From positions 87,822 through 151,821 of the forward strand of contig JAWKTM010000007.1 of assembly GCA_041399085.1 (NCBI GenBank): DNA of 64,000 bases. Reading direction: 5' to 3'. This document shows, piece after piece, positions 29,171 to 38,007 of this stretch. The translations under genes were made by a program, and so were the position numbers. Positions within the stretch are counted from its first letter, which is position 1. Each line of letters begins with the position of its first letter. Source of the stretch: Pirellulaceae bacterium. GTDB lineage: Bacteria > Planctomycetota > Planctomycetia > Pirellulales > Pirellulaceae. Below the pieces are notes generated by a model. That model was not told the origin of the DNA. It saw nothing but the letters and a program-made list of their open reading frames with translations, and ran no database searches.

Positions 29171-29720
29171 ATGGATCATGGTAGCGAAGATGCTCCAGTG
29201 CCCGGGCGCTGGTGCTGGAACCGCAACTGGCAGCCAGTGAACGTGGCCACGGTGTTGCGGGGCTGGTGCTGTTGTGGAACGAGTCCGCGCGGGTCGTCGA
29301 TCCAACGGACTACCAGCTTTACACCTGGGAGGATTGGTCGAAGTTGCGTCCGCGCGACGACGAGCGGTTCATCCAGGCGGTGAAGTTTCGCTGCGTGTGC
29401 CGGAAGTGATTACGCTCGCCGACTACGACCGGGTTGCCATCGGCGGCCGTCTCGTTCAGCCGTCGGAACATTTTCAAGCGTGACCATTACACGTGCCAGT
29501 ACTGCGGTCGGCAGCCCGGCAGCGAGGAACTGACGATCGACCACGTTGTGCCTGTGCTCAGGGCGAGTCGCGGTGGGATCAACTGCGTGCTGGATGGTTT
29601 GACGTGCAACCACCGCAAGGCCGACCGCACGCCACAGCAAGCCAAGCTGCGACTCCGCAACGAGCCAGCACAGCCGAAGTGGAACCTGCTTACACCGCGG
29701 CACGAAGTGCGAATGGAAAG
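29171..29720 (+). pseudogene. HNH endonuclease (classic ~170-aa HNH family) with at least three frameshifts
   Basis: MDHGSEDAPVPGRW.WNRNWQPVNVATV (frame A); LLWNESARVVDPTDYQLYTWEDWSKLRPR...AVKF (frame B); RVPEVITLADYDRVAIGGRLVQPS (frame C); then RRNIFKRDHYTCQYCGR...TIDHVVP...GLTCNHRKADRTP (CxxC...H-N-H motifs). Confidence 0.65.
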
Positions 29721-29823
29721 CTTCATCGAAGTTCGTCAGCGAGGCGTACTGGAACGTCGAGCTGGCGAAGTAATTGACAACGATCGCTCCCTGGTTCCAG
29801 TCGCCGGGAGTTTCTCACTCCAC

Positions 29824-29889
29824 GAGCGTGCTCCTGGGAGAAGCAGCCAGCCTCCAAAACTGGCGGACAGGGTTCGACTCTCGCGCTCT
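29824..29889 (+). other. tRNA-like remnant (acceptor GAGCGTG/CGCGCTC, TTCGACT loop, no proper T-stem)
   Basis: Direct reading; low confidence. Confidence 0.25.
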
Positions 29890-29899
29890 CATGCTTTGC

Positions 29900-30265
29900 G
29901 AGGCTTGAGGTGTGAGGCTTGAGGCTTGAGGGGCGTGTTTTCCTCGGTTTCCTCAGGTCTCAGGACTCAAGCCTCACTTACGCCCTGCGAGTGTGTGATT
30001 TTTTGGACGGCATGGCAGACTCTGGAATCTGCCGGACGAGGTTCGATTCCTCGATAAAGCGTGCTAGGCTTGAGGCGCGAGGCTTGAGACTTGAGGGAAG
30101 AACAGAGAACGATCCTTCCTCGAGCCTCAGGTCTTAAGTCTCAGGACTCATGAGTCGCCGGAGTGTGCCGGATTCGCACGCGAGCCCGCGAAGCTCGAAG
30201 ATCAGGTTCGATTCCTGGCGGCGACACTGAAGAGGCTTGAGGTGTGAGGCTTGAGACTTGAGGGA
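29900..30265. repeat. GAGGCTTGAG repeat family: three ~34-bp forward units (29900-29933, 30065-30097, 30232-30265) alternating with inverted units (29951-29976, 30115-30150), flanking a tRNA half-like module (30014-30052) and a tRNA-like gene
   Basis: Direct reading. The related motif GAGCCTCAAGCCTC also occurs inside the array at ~27345-27365. Confidence 0.7.
30154..30226 (+). tRNA. tRNA-Arg(GCG)-like, C33, embedded in GAGGCTTGAG repeats
   Basis: Perfect acceptor GTCGCCG/CGGCGAC; D-stem GTGT/GCAC; anticodon arm CGAGC-CCGCGAA-GCTCG; T-arm TCAGG-TTCGATT-CCTGG. Confidence 0.55.
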
Positions 30266-30267
30266 GG

Positions 30268-30828
30268 TTAGTTGTCGGGGCGTAACGACCGGATTAGGCC
30301 AACGAGGACGCGAGCGGTCTCGTCGGCCTGGCGGCTGAGATCGGTGGCGACATCGTCCGGCAGATAGCCGAGACGATGGGCGACGGATAGCTGGTACTCG
30401 ACTTCGCGGGCCGAGCCCAATGCTAGGTCGAGAAACCGAACGTAGTCTGCCTGCGTGCTACGAGCGCAGCCTTCGACGATGTTCGAGGCGATGGAAAGAG
30501 CGGCACGGTGCATCTGGGATGTAAGCCCGAACAGCTCTTCTTTCGGGAAGGACTTCGTCGCGGCGTAAACGGCCAGGACCAGCGCGTCAGCAAGCTCGAA
30601 CGCCCGGAGTTTTCGATGATCTCTCATGACGACATTTTCTTCCCGTCTCGTGGTCCTGGGCTTCACGACTCGGAACAATGACGCCAGAGCCAGACGGTGC
30701 AAGGCTGCCTCGGGCGAAGCCAGCGGTTCGACCTCGCCGGCGTCTCTTCCAAGCAAGGTTTCGATGTCGTCTGGACCAGCGGCGCCTCGATCCATCCATT
30801 CGGATTCGGGTCGGTGTGTTCCGGACAT
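30268..30828 (-). CDS. Four-helix-bundle protein (TIGR02436; 23S rRNA IVS-associated family)
   Basis: ELFGLTSQMHRAALSIASNIVEGCAR...DYVRFLDLALGSAREVEYQLSVAHRLGYL. Confidence 0.8.
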   Translation of the reverse strand: MSGTHRPESEWMDRGAAGPDDIETLLGRDAGEVEPLASPEAALHRLALASLFRVVKPRTTRREENVVMRDHRKLRAFELADALVLAVYAATKSFPKEELFGLTSQMHRAALSIASNIVEGCARSTQADYVRFLDLALGSAREVEYQLSVAHRLGYLPDDVATDLSRQADETARVLVGLIRSLRPDN

Positions 30829-30857
30829 GGATTATGACAATGACGATGTCACTACCG

Positions 30858-30930
30858 ACAAGGTTAGCTCAGAGGGTAGAGCACCAGACTATGAATCTGG
30901 AAGTCACGGGTTCGACTCCCGTACCAACAC
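30858..30930 (+). tRNA. tRNA-like gene with intact D-, anticodon- and T-arms but unpaired acceptor stem (possible integration-site remnant or pseudo-tRNA)
   Basis: TAGCTCAGAGGGTAGAGC D-arm; anticodon arm CCAGA-CTATGAA-TCTGG; T-arm ACGGG-TTCGACT-CCCGT; 5' ACAAGGT does not pair with 3' ACCAACA. Confidence 0.4.
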
Positions 30931-31439
30931 CACCAACAGGCTGTATCATGGCAATCGATGCCCGAACCGCCAGGACATCGGCGTTACCCAAGAGCCTGAG
31001 GGAGGCGGGCGTACGTAGGATCGGCTGCCAGTTGGTCGCCATGTAGGCGAGTCTCGAAGAGACTGGCTTACAGAAGTGATCGGCCGGTGGCAGCATGAAC
31101 GAACACCATGTAGTGCGCGGATACCGCCTTTGCCCGCTGTCGGTGGAAGGTTGCCGGTGCTGGTGAGCGACGCCACGGGCTGCGGCCCGACGCGAACTCA
31201 TCAGCCGACGCAGTCGAAAACCGTCAGCGGTGACCGCTCAAGCAGCACTCCGTGCCAGTTCATGTGATCCGCGAACGTTCCGCCTTCCAACGGCGTCTCT
31301 TTCGTTTAACCGCAACGCCAACGGCGTGCGTGTGGAGCGCGGTTGGACGATCGATTGCAGCACACGCGCAGCCCGTTGGGCTTGCGGTTAAACGATGATG
31401 ACACACCACGCCCTTGATAACAGAAAGGAGGGCAATCCA

Positions 31440-32561
31440 ATGATGCTGTTCAAGCGAATTAAGATCCGTAGTTATGAGATGGGATTGTACTTCCGTGACG
31501 GCGAGTTCAAGGGACTCTTGAGCGAAGGTCGGCACTGGCTGTTCGATCCGCTGATGAAGGTCCGCGTCGACGTGGCCAACATGCGCGACGCGTGGCTGGC
31601 TCACGACAAGCTCGACATGATCGTCAAGTCGGGTGTGCTGAAGGACCGCGCGGTTGTGATGGACCTGAAGGACCACCAGCGTGGTCTGGTCTGGATCGAC
31701 GGCCGGTTCACGCACTTGCTCGCCGCCGGCCTGTACGCCTACTGGCACGGTGTCCGCGACGTGCGTGTCGAGGTGATCGACGTTCGCCAGGTGCGGTTCG
31801 AGCACGAGGACCTGAAGGTCATCGCGAAGACGCACATGGCGAAGCAGTTGCTCGACATCTGCACGGTCGACCGCGACCGCGTGGGTGTACTGTTCATCGA
31901 CGGACGGTACGTCGACACGCTGCGGCCGGGTCTGTACGCGTTCTGGAAGGGCGCGGCGGACGCCCGGGTTGTCGAGATCGACATGCGCGAGACCACGATC
32001 GACGTCAGCGGTCAGGAGATCATGACGTCGGACAAGGTCAGCCTGCGCATGAACGCACTGGTCACGTACCGCATCGCCGACGCGCGGAAGGCGGTCAGCT
32101 CGACGGACGATGTCCGCCAGGCTCTGTACCGCGAGACGCAGTTGGCATTGCGGGCCATCGTCGGCGCACGCGAGCTCGACGCATTCCTGACGGACAAGGA
32201 CGCCGTGGCTCAGGAGATCGAGCAGGCGGTACGCCGCCGCGCGGGCGAGCTGGGTCTGGAGATCGTATCGGTCGGTATCCGGGACGTGATCCTGCCGGGC
32301 GACATGAAGGACCTGATGAACAAGGTCACGGAGGCCAAGAAGGCCGCCGAGGCCAACCTCATCTCGCGCCGCGAGGAGACGGCCGCCATGCGCAGCCAAG
32401 CCAACACCGCCAAGCTGCTGGCCGACAACCCAACGCTGATGCGACTGCGTGAACTGGAAGTCCTGGAAAAGATCGCATCGGCCGGGCAACCTGAACGTCG
32501 TCCTTGGCGAAAAGGACTTGCCGAGCGCGGTCAACCTGTTGTAACCCTCTGCCCCGTTTGA
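31440..32561 (+). CDS. SPFH/band-7 domain protein (stomatin/HflKC-like)
   Basis: AGGAGGG RBS before ATGATG; SPFH core (SLRMNALVTYRIADARKAV...AIVGARELDAFLTDKDAVAQEI); C-terminal coiled-coil. Confidence 0.8.
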   Translation: MMLFKRIKIRSYEMGLYFRDGEFKGLLSEGRHWLFDPLMKVRVDVANMRDAWLAHDKLDMIVKSGVLKDRAVVMDLKDHQRGLVWIDGRFTHLLAAGLYAYWHGVRDVRVEVIDVRQVRFEHEDLKVIAKTHMAKQLLDICTVDRDRVGVLFIDGRYVDTLRPGLYAFWKGAADARVVEIDMRETTIDVSGQEIMTSDKVSLRMNALVTYRIADARKAVSSTDDVRQALYRETQLALRAIVGARELDAFLTDKDAVAQEIEQAVRRRAGELGLEIVSVGIRDVILPGDMKDLMNKVTEAKKAAEANLISRREETAAMRSQANTAKLLADNPTLMRLRELEVLEKIASAGQPERRPWRKGLAERGQPVVTLCPV

Positions 32562-33149
32562 GTCATTGAGCCCGGGGCCTTTCCACTTTGAAGAGCCGCA
32601 ACCAACTGGCCTCGGTCGGTGTGACTATGGCGGGTTCCTTCAACCAGTGTGGCGTCGGTGGCTCATTGCCACATGAAGAGCTGAACGAGCCCAAATCACA
32701 CTGCCGAGGACCATACCGCCGGCCCGCTTCTCAACTCCTAGACGAATTGCCTGAACCCCTCAGCAGTCAGCGGACTCGGACGGCTTACTCCTTGGAACTG
32801 AATCCAAAAACGATGAACGTCGTCATCCCCAACAGTACAATCGTAAGACCGATCAAATCGAGGACCGTAAATCGGCAGCAGCGGCATTACTATGAGCATC
32901 TCGACAGCCTAGCCGCTAATCGTTGGACGTTTCACGAATGAGTTTCGACGCTGTGGGGAACGGAGTTTCGATTCGGAACAACGACGGATTTTTGCGATAG
33001 CCCAACATTGGCATATACCGTGGTTAAGCCACGATCCAACTTGGGGAATCCGTGCAACTGGCCTAAGCGTGGTTTGCGATATATGCAATCCATGTAGGAA
33101 GCGAAATGCGTTCGTCGAGCCGCGTTGGAATCCAACGCGTTCTTTTTCG

Positions 33150-34562
33150 TTACTGGCCCGAGATGCCGTATTGGTCCAGTTTCTTTTTTAGCGTGGTGCG
33201 GTGCAGGCCCAGCGTGCGGGCGGCGGCGGCGTATTGGTCTCGGTTGTTTTGCATCGCCACCTCGAACAGCGGCGGCTCGATCACTCGCAGCAGTTGTTCA
33301 TACAGATCCGTGACGTCCTCCGACTCGCGATAGTGCGACTCGGCCCAACGACGGACCAACTCGACCAACAACGATTCGGGATCCGCGTTTTCAGCGGCCG
33401 AATTCACGACGCTCGGTTCCACCGGGGCCGGCAAATGCTCGGGCAGGATCGCGCCGCCGCGAGCCAGGATCAACGCATGCTCGACGGCGTTTCGCAATTC
33501 GCGAACGTTGCCATACCACGGCCGGCGCTCGAGCGCCTGGGCCGTCGCATCGCTGATCGTCGGCCGCCCCTGGGTCGAACGTTGTTTGGATCGCTCCAAA
33601 AAATGTTGAGCCAATTCGCGAACGTCGTCGCGGCGTTCGCGCAGCGGCGGCATCTCGATCTGAAACGCACACAGGCGAAAATACAGATCATGTCGGAACT
33701 CGCCCTGTTGCACACGATGCAGCAGGTTTTGGTGCGTGGCCGAGATCACGCGAAAATTCGTGCGTTGCGGCTGGGTCGCGCCGACCGGCGTTACTTCACC
33801 CTGTTCGAGTGCTCGCAACAATTTCACTTGTACTGGCATCGGAATGTCGGCAACTTCGTCCAAGAACAACGTGCCGCCATCGGCGTGAACCAGCAGACCC
33901 ACGCGAGCTTGATCCGCGCCGGTGAAGGCGCCGCGCACATGTCCGAACAGCTCGCTCTCGGCCAACGTCGGGCTGAGCGACGCCACGTTCACCGCCACGA
34001 ACGGCCGTTCGGCTCGCGGGCTAAAGCGATGAATGGCTCGCGCGGCCAACTCCTTTCCCGTGCCGCTCTCGCCGGAGATTAGCACGCAGGCGTCTGACGC
34101 CGCGGCCAACGCGATGCGTTTGAATGCCTCTTGCATCGCGGGCGTGTTGCCGACCAGTCCGCCGATATAGCTGCGCTGCTGATCCTCGGGTGGCGACTCG
34201 CCGCCTCGTTCAAAGGCCCGCGTCAGCACGCGTTCGACATGGTCCAGCGGGAATGGCTTAATAAGGTATTCAAAAGCTCCGCCGCGAATCGCTTCGACCG
34301 CCGTCCCCAGATCGCCGTAGGCCGTAATCACGATGATCGGGATCGGACCCAATCGGCGGCGAAAATGTTCGATGGCTTCCAAGCCGCTCATGCCGGGCAG
34401 TCGCACGTCCATCACCATCACGTCGGGCTGGAATTGGTCGAGCGCCTCCAGTCCGGATTCGGCCGTCGACGCCGTTGTGACTTCGTGCCCGAGGCTTTCG
34501 GCCAGCCGCCGCAACGCCCAACAGATTGCCTGCTCGTCATCAACCACCAACAATTTCGGCAC
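33150..34562 (-). CDS. Sigma-54-dependent response regulator (NtrC family)
   Basis: Receiver domain LLVVDDE...D; AAA+ GESGTGKE; GAFTGA motif; C-terminal HTH. Confidence 0.9.
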   Translation of the reverse strand: MPKLLVVDDEQAICWALRRLAESLGHEVTTASTAESGLEALDQFQPDVMVMDVRLPGMSGLEAIEHFRRRLGPIPIIVITAYGDLGTAVEAIRGGAFEYLIKPFPLDHVERVLTRAFERGGESPPEDQQRSYIGGLVGNTPAMQEAFKRIALAAASDACVLISGESGTGKELAARAIHRFSPRAERPFVAVNVASLSPTLAESELFGHVRGAFTGADQARVGLLVHADGGTLFLDEVADIPMPVQVKLLRALEQGEVTPVGATQPQRTNFRVISATHQNLLHRVQQGEFRHDLYFRLCAFQIEMPPLRERRDDVRELAQHFLERSKQRSTQGRPTISDATAQALERRPWYGNVRELRNAVEHALILARGGAILPEHLPAPVEPSVVNSAAENADPESLLVELVRRWAESHYRESEDVTDLYEQLLRVIEPPLFEVAMQNNRDQYAAAARTLGLHRTTLKKKLDQYGISGQ

Positions 34563-36000
34563 GCTCGGGCTCCGCTGCTAACAAAGGGAATTCAACGTAG
34601 AAACAAGTCGTCGCTCCGTCGCGCCGCCAGCCGATCTGGCCTCGATGCTGCTCGACGATGCGTTTGGCCACCGATAACCCCAGCCCGGTCCCGTCCGGCT
34701 TTCCGGTAACCAGCGGTTCGAACAACCGATCGCCCACTTCCGCCGCCGGACCGGGACCTGAGTCGATCACTTCGAGCCGCACGGACTTGTCGCCCGAGGC
34801 GGCCGCACGCAGAATCACGCTGCCCTGATCGGTCGCTTGCACGGCTTCGTCGGCCGCCGCTTCGATGGCGTTCATCAACAGGTTGATTAGAAGCTGTTCG
34901 AGCGAATCGGCATCGCCGCTGATCCAGAGCGGCCGGGCGGGAGGTTGCCACCCGAGCGACACGTGAACATGACGAGCCATCGGTTCGATCAGTGGCAACG
35001 CTCCGTCGACCACCGCACGCAGCTCCAACGGCTGGTGCGTGGCCGCGGGTTGGTTGTGAGGCGTGAGAAAGCGACGCAGGAATCGCTCCATCAATCGAAG
35101 TTGCCGCACGGCGACGTCCAGGCTTTCGCCCTCGCCCTGCCGCGGACATTCGCGGCGATGCAGCTCGAGAGCCAAGCAACAGCCGGTCACCGCATTTCGC
35201 ATCTGATGGGCGATGCCGCCGCCGAGCTGGCCGAGCGTGCGGAGTTGTTCGTTTCGCCGGACTTCGTCTTCGTAGTGGCTGAGCATGTCGGACATGCGAT
35301 TGATCGCTTGGCCCAGTTCGAGCACTTCGTCGTGACGACGATTCAGCGTGACGGGCTGGAACTCGCCCTCGGCGATGCGATCCACTTGTACTCGAAGACG
35401 ATCCAACGGCCGAGTCACATGGGCGGCGATCCCCGCGCTCAACAAGGCCGACAGCGCCAAGCCGACGCCACCGACGCACAATGGCGGATAGATGGCGTTC
35501 CACCACGCGACGCGGTAAGTTTCGACCGGATAGAGAATATGCAGCTCGACAGCGCGGGCCGCGCCGGCTCGCGACAACCGAACCTGATTGTGAAAGTAAC
35601 GGACGCCACCCACGGCGATGGAACTGTCGAGCGTCAGTCGCTGCGGCGTGCGAGGCACAACGGTGTCGGGCAACGAGCTCATGTCGATCGACTCCAAGCT
35701 GGACGCCGTGATCTGCCCGGTTGCATCCACCGCGACGAACTCGGCCCCCGAAAGCCCACGCGTTTGGCGCAGCACGGCGTCGGTCAGCGGGAAGTTCGAG
35801 TCGCTGAGCGTGCCGGCCAAGTCACGCAACTGGCTCTCGATTCGCGTCGCGGCCGCTCGAACCGAAACATAGGCATTCAGCACGCTGACGCCGGCCAGCG
35901 TTACGGCCATCAGACCGACCGTGGGCAACAGAATCTGATTACGAACGGGCCACCGCATCAAACGCCTCGGAGCTCGAATTGTGAATGACGAAACATTCAT
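34540..36000 (-). CDS. Sensor histidine kinase (partner of the NtrC-type regulator)
   Basis: TM N-terminus; H-box AHQMRNAV; HATPase_c G-boxes (DSGPGP, GTGLGLS). Overlaps the regulator gene by 23 nt. Confidence 0.85.
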   Translation of the reverse strand: MNVSSFTIRAPRRLMRWPVRNQILLPTVGLMAVTLAGVSVLNAYVSVRAAATRIESQLRDLAGTLSDSNFPLTDAVLRQTRGLSGAEFVAVDATGQITASSLESIDMSSLPDTVVPRTPQRLTLDSSIAVGGVRYFHNQVRLSRAGAARAVELHILYPVETYRVAWWNAIYPPLCVGGVGLALSALLSAGIAAHVTRPLDRLRVQVDRIAEGEFQPVTLNRRHDEVLELGQAINRMSDMLSHYEDEVRRNEQLRTLGQLGGGIAHQMRNAVTGCCLALELHRRECPRQGEGESLDVAVRQLRLMERFLRRFLTPHNQPAATHQPLELRAVVDGALPLIEPMARHVHVSLGWQPPARPLWISGDADSLEQLLINLLMNAIEAAADEAVQATDQGSVILRAAASGDKSVRLEVIDSGPGPAAEVGDRLFEPLVTGKPDGTGLGLSVAKRIVEQHRGQIGWRRDGATTCFYVEFPLLAAEPERAEIVGG

Positions 36001-36284
36001 CCTATTGTGGCTCCGCGGGACAACTGGCGGAACGGACCGAAAATTCGTGTCGTGGTCGAGTGGAAGTTATGCTCGAACATGTCGAACCAATCGACATGTT
36101 TGTCGTTTCAATCGACATGGACGAGTGGCGTCGTAGTCGGTGAACCCCGTGTTTTGCTGGCATTTTACGACGCCGACGGCGTAACGCCTGGTTTAATACA
36201 TACGGCGCGCCGTTTGCCTAGAATGTCGCGACTTCTGTTGGCCCAATGTGGATTCGCCTGACCCAGTAGCGAGGAAATTTCGAG

Positions 36285-37403
36285 ATGTTACATCGCATTG
36301 TCGTAGGTCTGCTGTTGACCTTGTTTCTGATTCCCGTCACCACGATCCGGGCGGCCGACGAAGCCGACTCGCGAGCGATCGAGCAAGCGGTCGCCAAGGG
36401 CATCAACTTTCTGAAGGTGAAGGGCCAAGCCGACGATGGCTCGTACAGCAGCTTTGCCGGAATTGGCCCGACGGCGTTGGTCGCAACGGCGTTGCTGCGC
36501 AGCGGCGTATCGCCCGACGATCCGGCCGTCGCGAAGAGCTTGAAGTATTTGGAGAAGACCGTGCGCGAGGACGGCGGCTTCTACGGCGAAGGTTCGACGC
36601 ACCGCAATTACGAGACGTGCCTAACGATGTTGGCCCTTGCGGAAGCGAACCGCGATGGCCGATACGATTCGCTGTTGAAGAAGGCCGAGTCGTTCGTCAA
36701 GGAATTGCAGTGGGATAAGGGCGAAGACCAGGACCCGTCGGATGTGGCTTACGGCGGGGCGGGCTATGGCCGCAGCAAGCGTCCGGACTTGTCGAACACC
36801 AGCTTTATGATCGACGCACTGAAGGCGACCGGCAACGACTATAACGATGAAGCGATTCAGCGGGCGATCATCTTCATTTCGCGCTGCCAGAACCTGGAAA
36901 CCGAGCACAACACGACGGAGTTCGCGGCAAAGAACCCGGACGGCGGTTTCTACTATACGCCGGCGGCGGGCGGTTCCAGCCAAGCGGGCGAGACCGACGC
37001 CGGCGGCTTGCGTAGCTACGGTTCGATGACTTACGCCGGTTTGAAGAGCATGATCTACGCGGGCGTCAAGCCGGACGATCCTCGTGTGAAGGCGGCCGTG
37101 GAATGGGTGCAAAAGCATTACAGCTTGGAAGAGAATCCCGGCATGGGCGATTCCGGCTTGTACTACTATTACCACTTGTTCGGCAAAGCGCTGGATGCCA
37201 TCGGCCAAGAGCAGTTCACGGACGCTTCAGGCAAGACGCATCATTGGCGAGCCGAGTTGGCCAAGGAGCTCATCTCGCGTCAACAAGCCGACGGTTCGTG
37301 GGTGAACGAGAACTCTCGCTGGCTCGAGGGCGATGCGAATCTGGTGACCGGATACGCGTTGTTGGCCTTGACATATTGCCAACCGAAGGCAGAAGAGAAG
37401 TAA
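36285..37403 (+). CDS. Prenyltransferase/squalene-oxidase repeat protein (alpha/alpha-toroid), secreted
   Basis: Signal peptide; repeated DGGF/DGSW...Y.T..A..AL terpenoid-cyclase-like repeats. Confidence 0.7.
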   Translation: MLHRIVVGLLLTLFLIPVTTIRAADEADSRAIEQAVAKGINFLKVKGQADDGSYSSFAGIGPTALVATALLRSGVSPDDPAVAKSLKYLEKTVREDGGFYGEGSTHRNYETCLTMLALAEANRDGRYDSLLKKAESFVKELQWDKGEDQDPSDVAYGGAGYGRSKRPDLSNTSFMIDALKATGNDYNDEAIQRAIIFISRCQNLETEHNTTEFAAKNPDGGFYYTPAAGGSSQAGETDAGGLRSYGSMTYAGLKSMIYAGVKPDDPRVKAAVEWVQKHYSLEENPGMGDSGLYYYYHLFGKALDAIGQEQFTDASGKTHHWRAELAKELISRQQADGSWVNENSRWLEGDANLVTGYALLALTYCQPKAEEK

Positions 37404-37595
37404 ACATCACCGCAACACGACACGAATCCCGCCAAGAGCCGCGCATCGTCGCGGCTCTTGGTGTTTGTGGCGATCAACCGCTCTTGTCGATTGTCCGAGA
37501 GGTTCGTTAAATATCGGTAGAGTTTCGCGGGCCACGCCGTCGGTTGGCAAGCGATTTACCCGCATCGCATTGAATTTCTCTCGGAGCCGAATCGA

Positions 37596-37832
37596 ATGCC
37601 CCTGTACGAGTACACGTGTGAAGGTTGCCACGGCGATTTTGAGCTATTGGTTCGGGATCGCGAACAGCCGGCTTGCCCAGAATGCGGCGGCGTGCGGTTG
37701 CAGAAACGGTTAAGCGTACCAGCCGCTCCGGCGATTTCGGGCGCCAGTCTGCCGATGTGCGAACCACGGCCCAGCAGCGGCGGCTGTGGCCTGCCCCAAT
37801 GCGGCAGCGGCGGCTGCATGGGAATGATGTAG
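37596..37832 (+). CDS. FmdB-family zinc-ribbon protein
   Basis: MPLYEYTCEGCHGDFELL...CPECGG CxxC...CxxC signature. Confidence 0.8.
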   Translation: MPLYEYTCEGCHGDFELLVRDREQPACPECGGVRLQKRLSVPAAPAISGASLPMCEPRPSSGGCGLPQCGSGGCMGMM

Positions 37833-37842
37833 CCAACGGGAG

Positions 37843-37925
37843 CTCGAGGCTCGGGAGAGCGAGGCTCGGGAGATCGAGGCTCCTGCCGAGTAATTCCCGC
37901 CGGTGATCGAGGCTCCTGCCGCGCC
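37843..37925. repeat. Short tandem repeats (CGAGGCTCGGGAGA x3; GATCGAGGCTCCTGCCG x2)
   Basis: Direct reading; intergenic. Confidence 0.5.
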
Positions 37926-38007
37926 ATCTTCACTTGAGCTTGCGGCTCTTCCCAGATGATTCGCTGTTCGAGTATCGAGGCTACCGTCGAGATATCCGCT
38001 GCCAAAT

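Noticed and set aside
29900-30265. Possible CRISPR array
   Set aside because: Repeat units are of mixed orientation, irregular spacing and variable sequence. No cas genes are present.
31260-32534. 424-aa minus-strand ORF
   Set aside because: It is antisense to the well-supported SPFH/band-7 gene.
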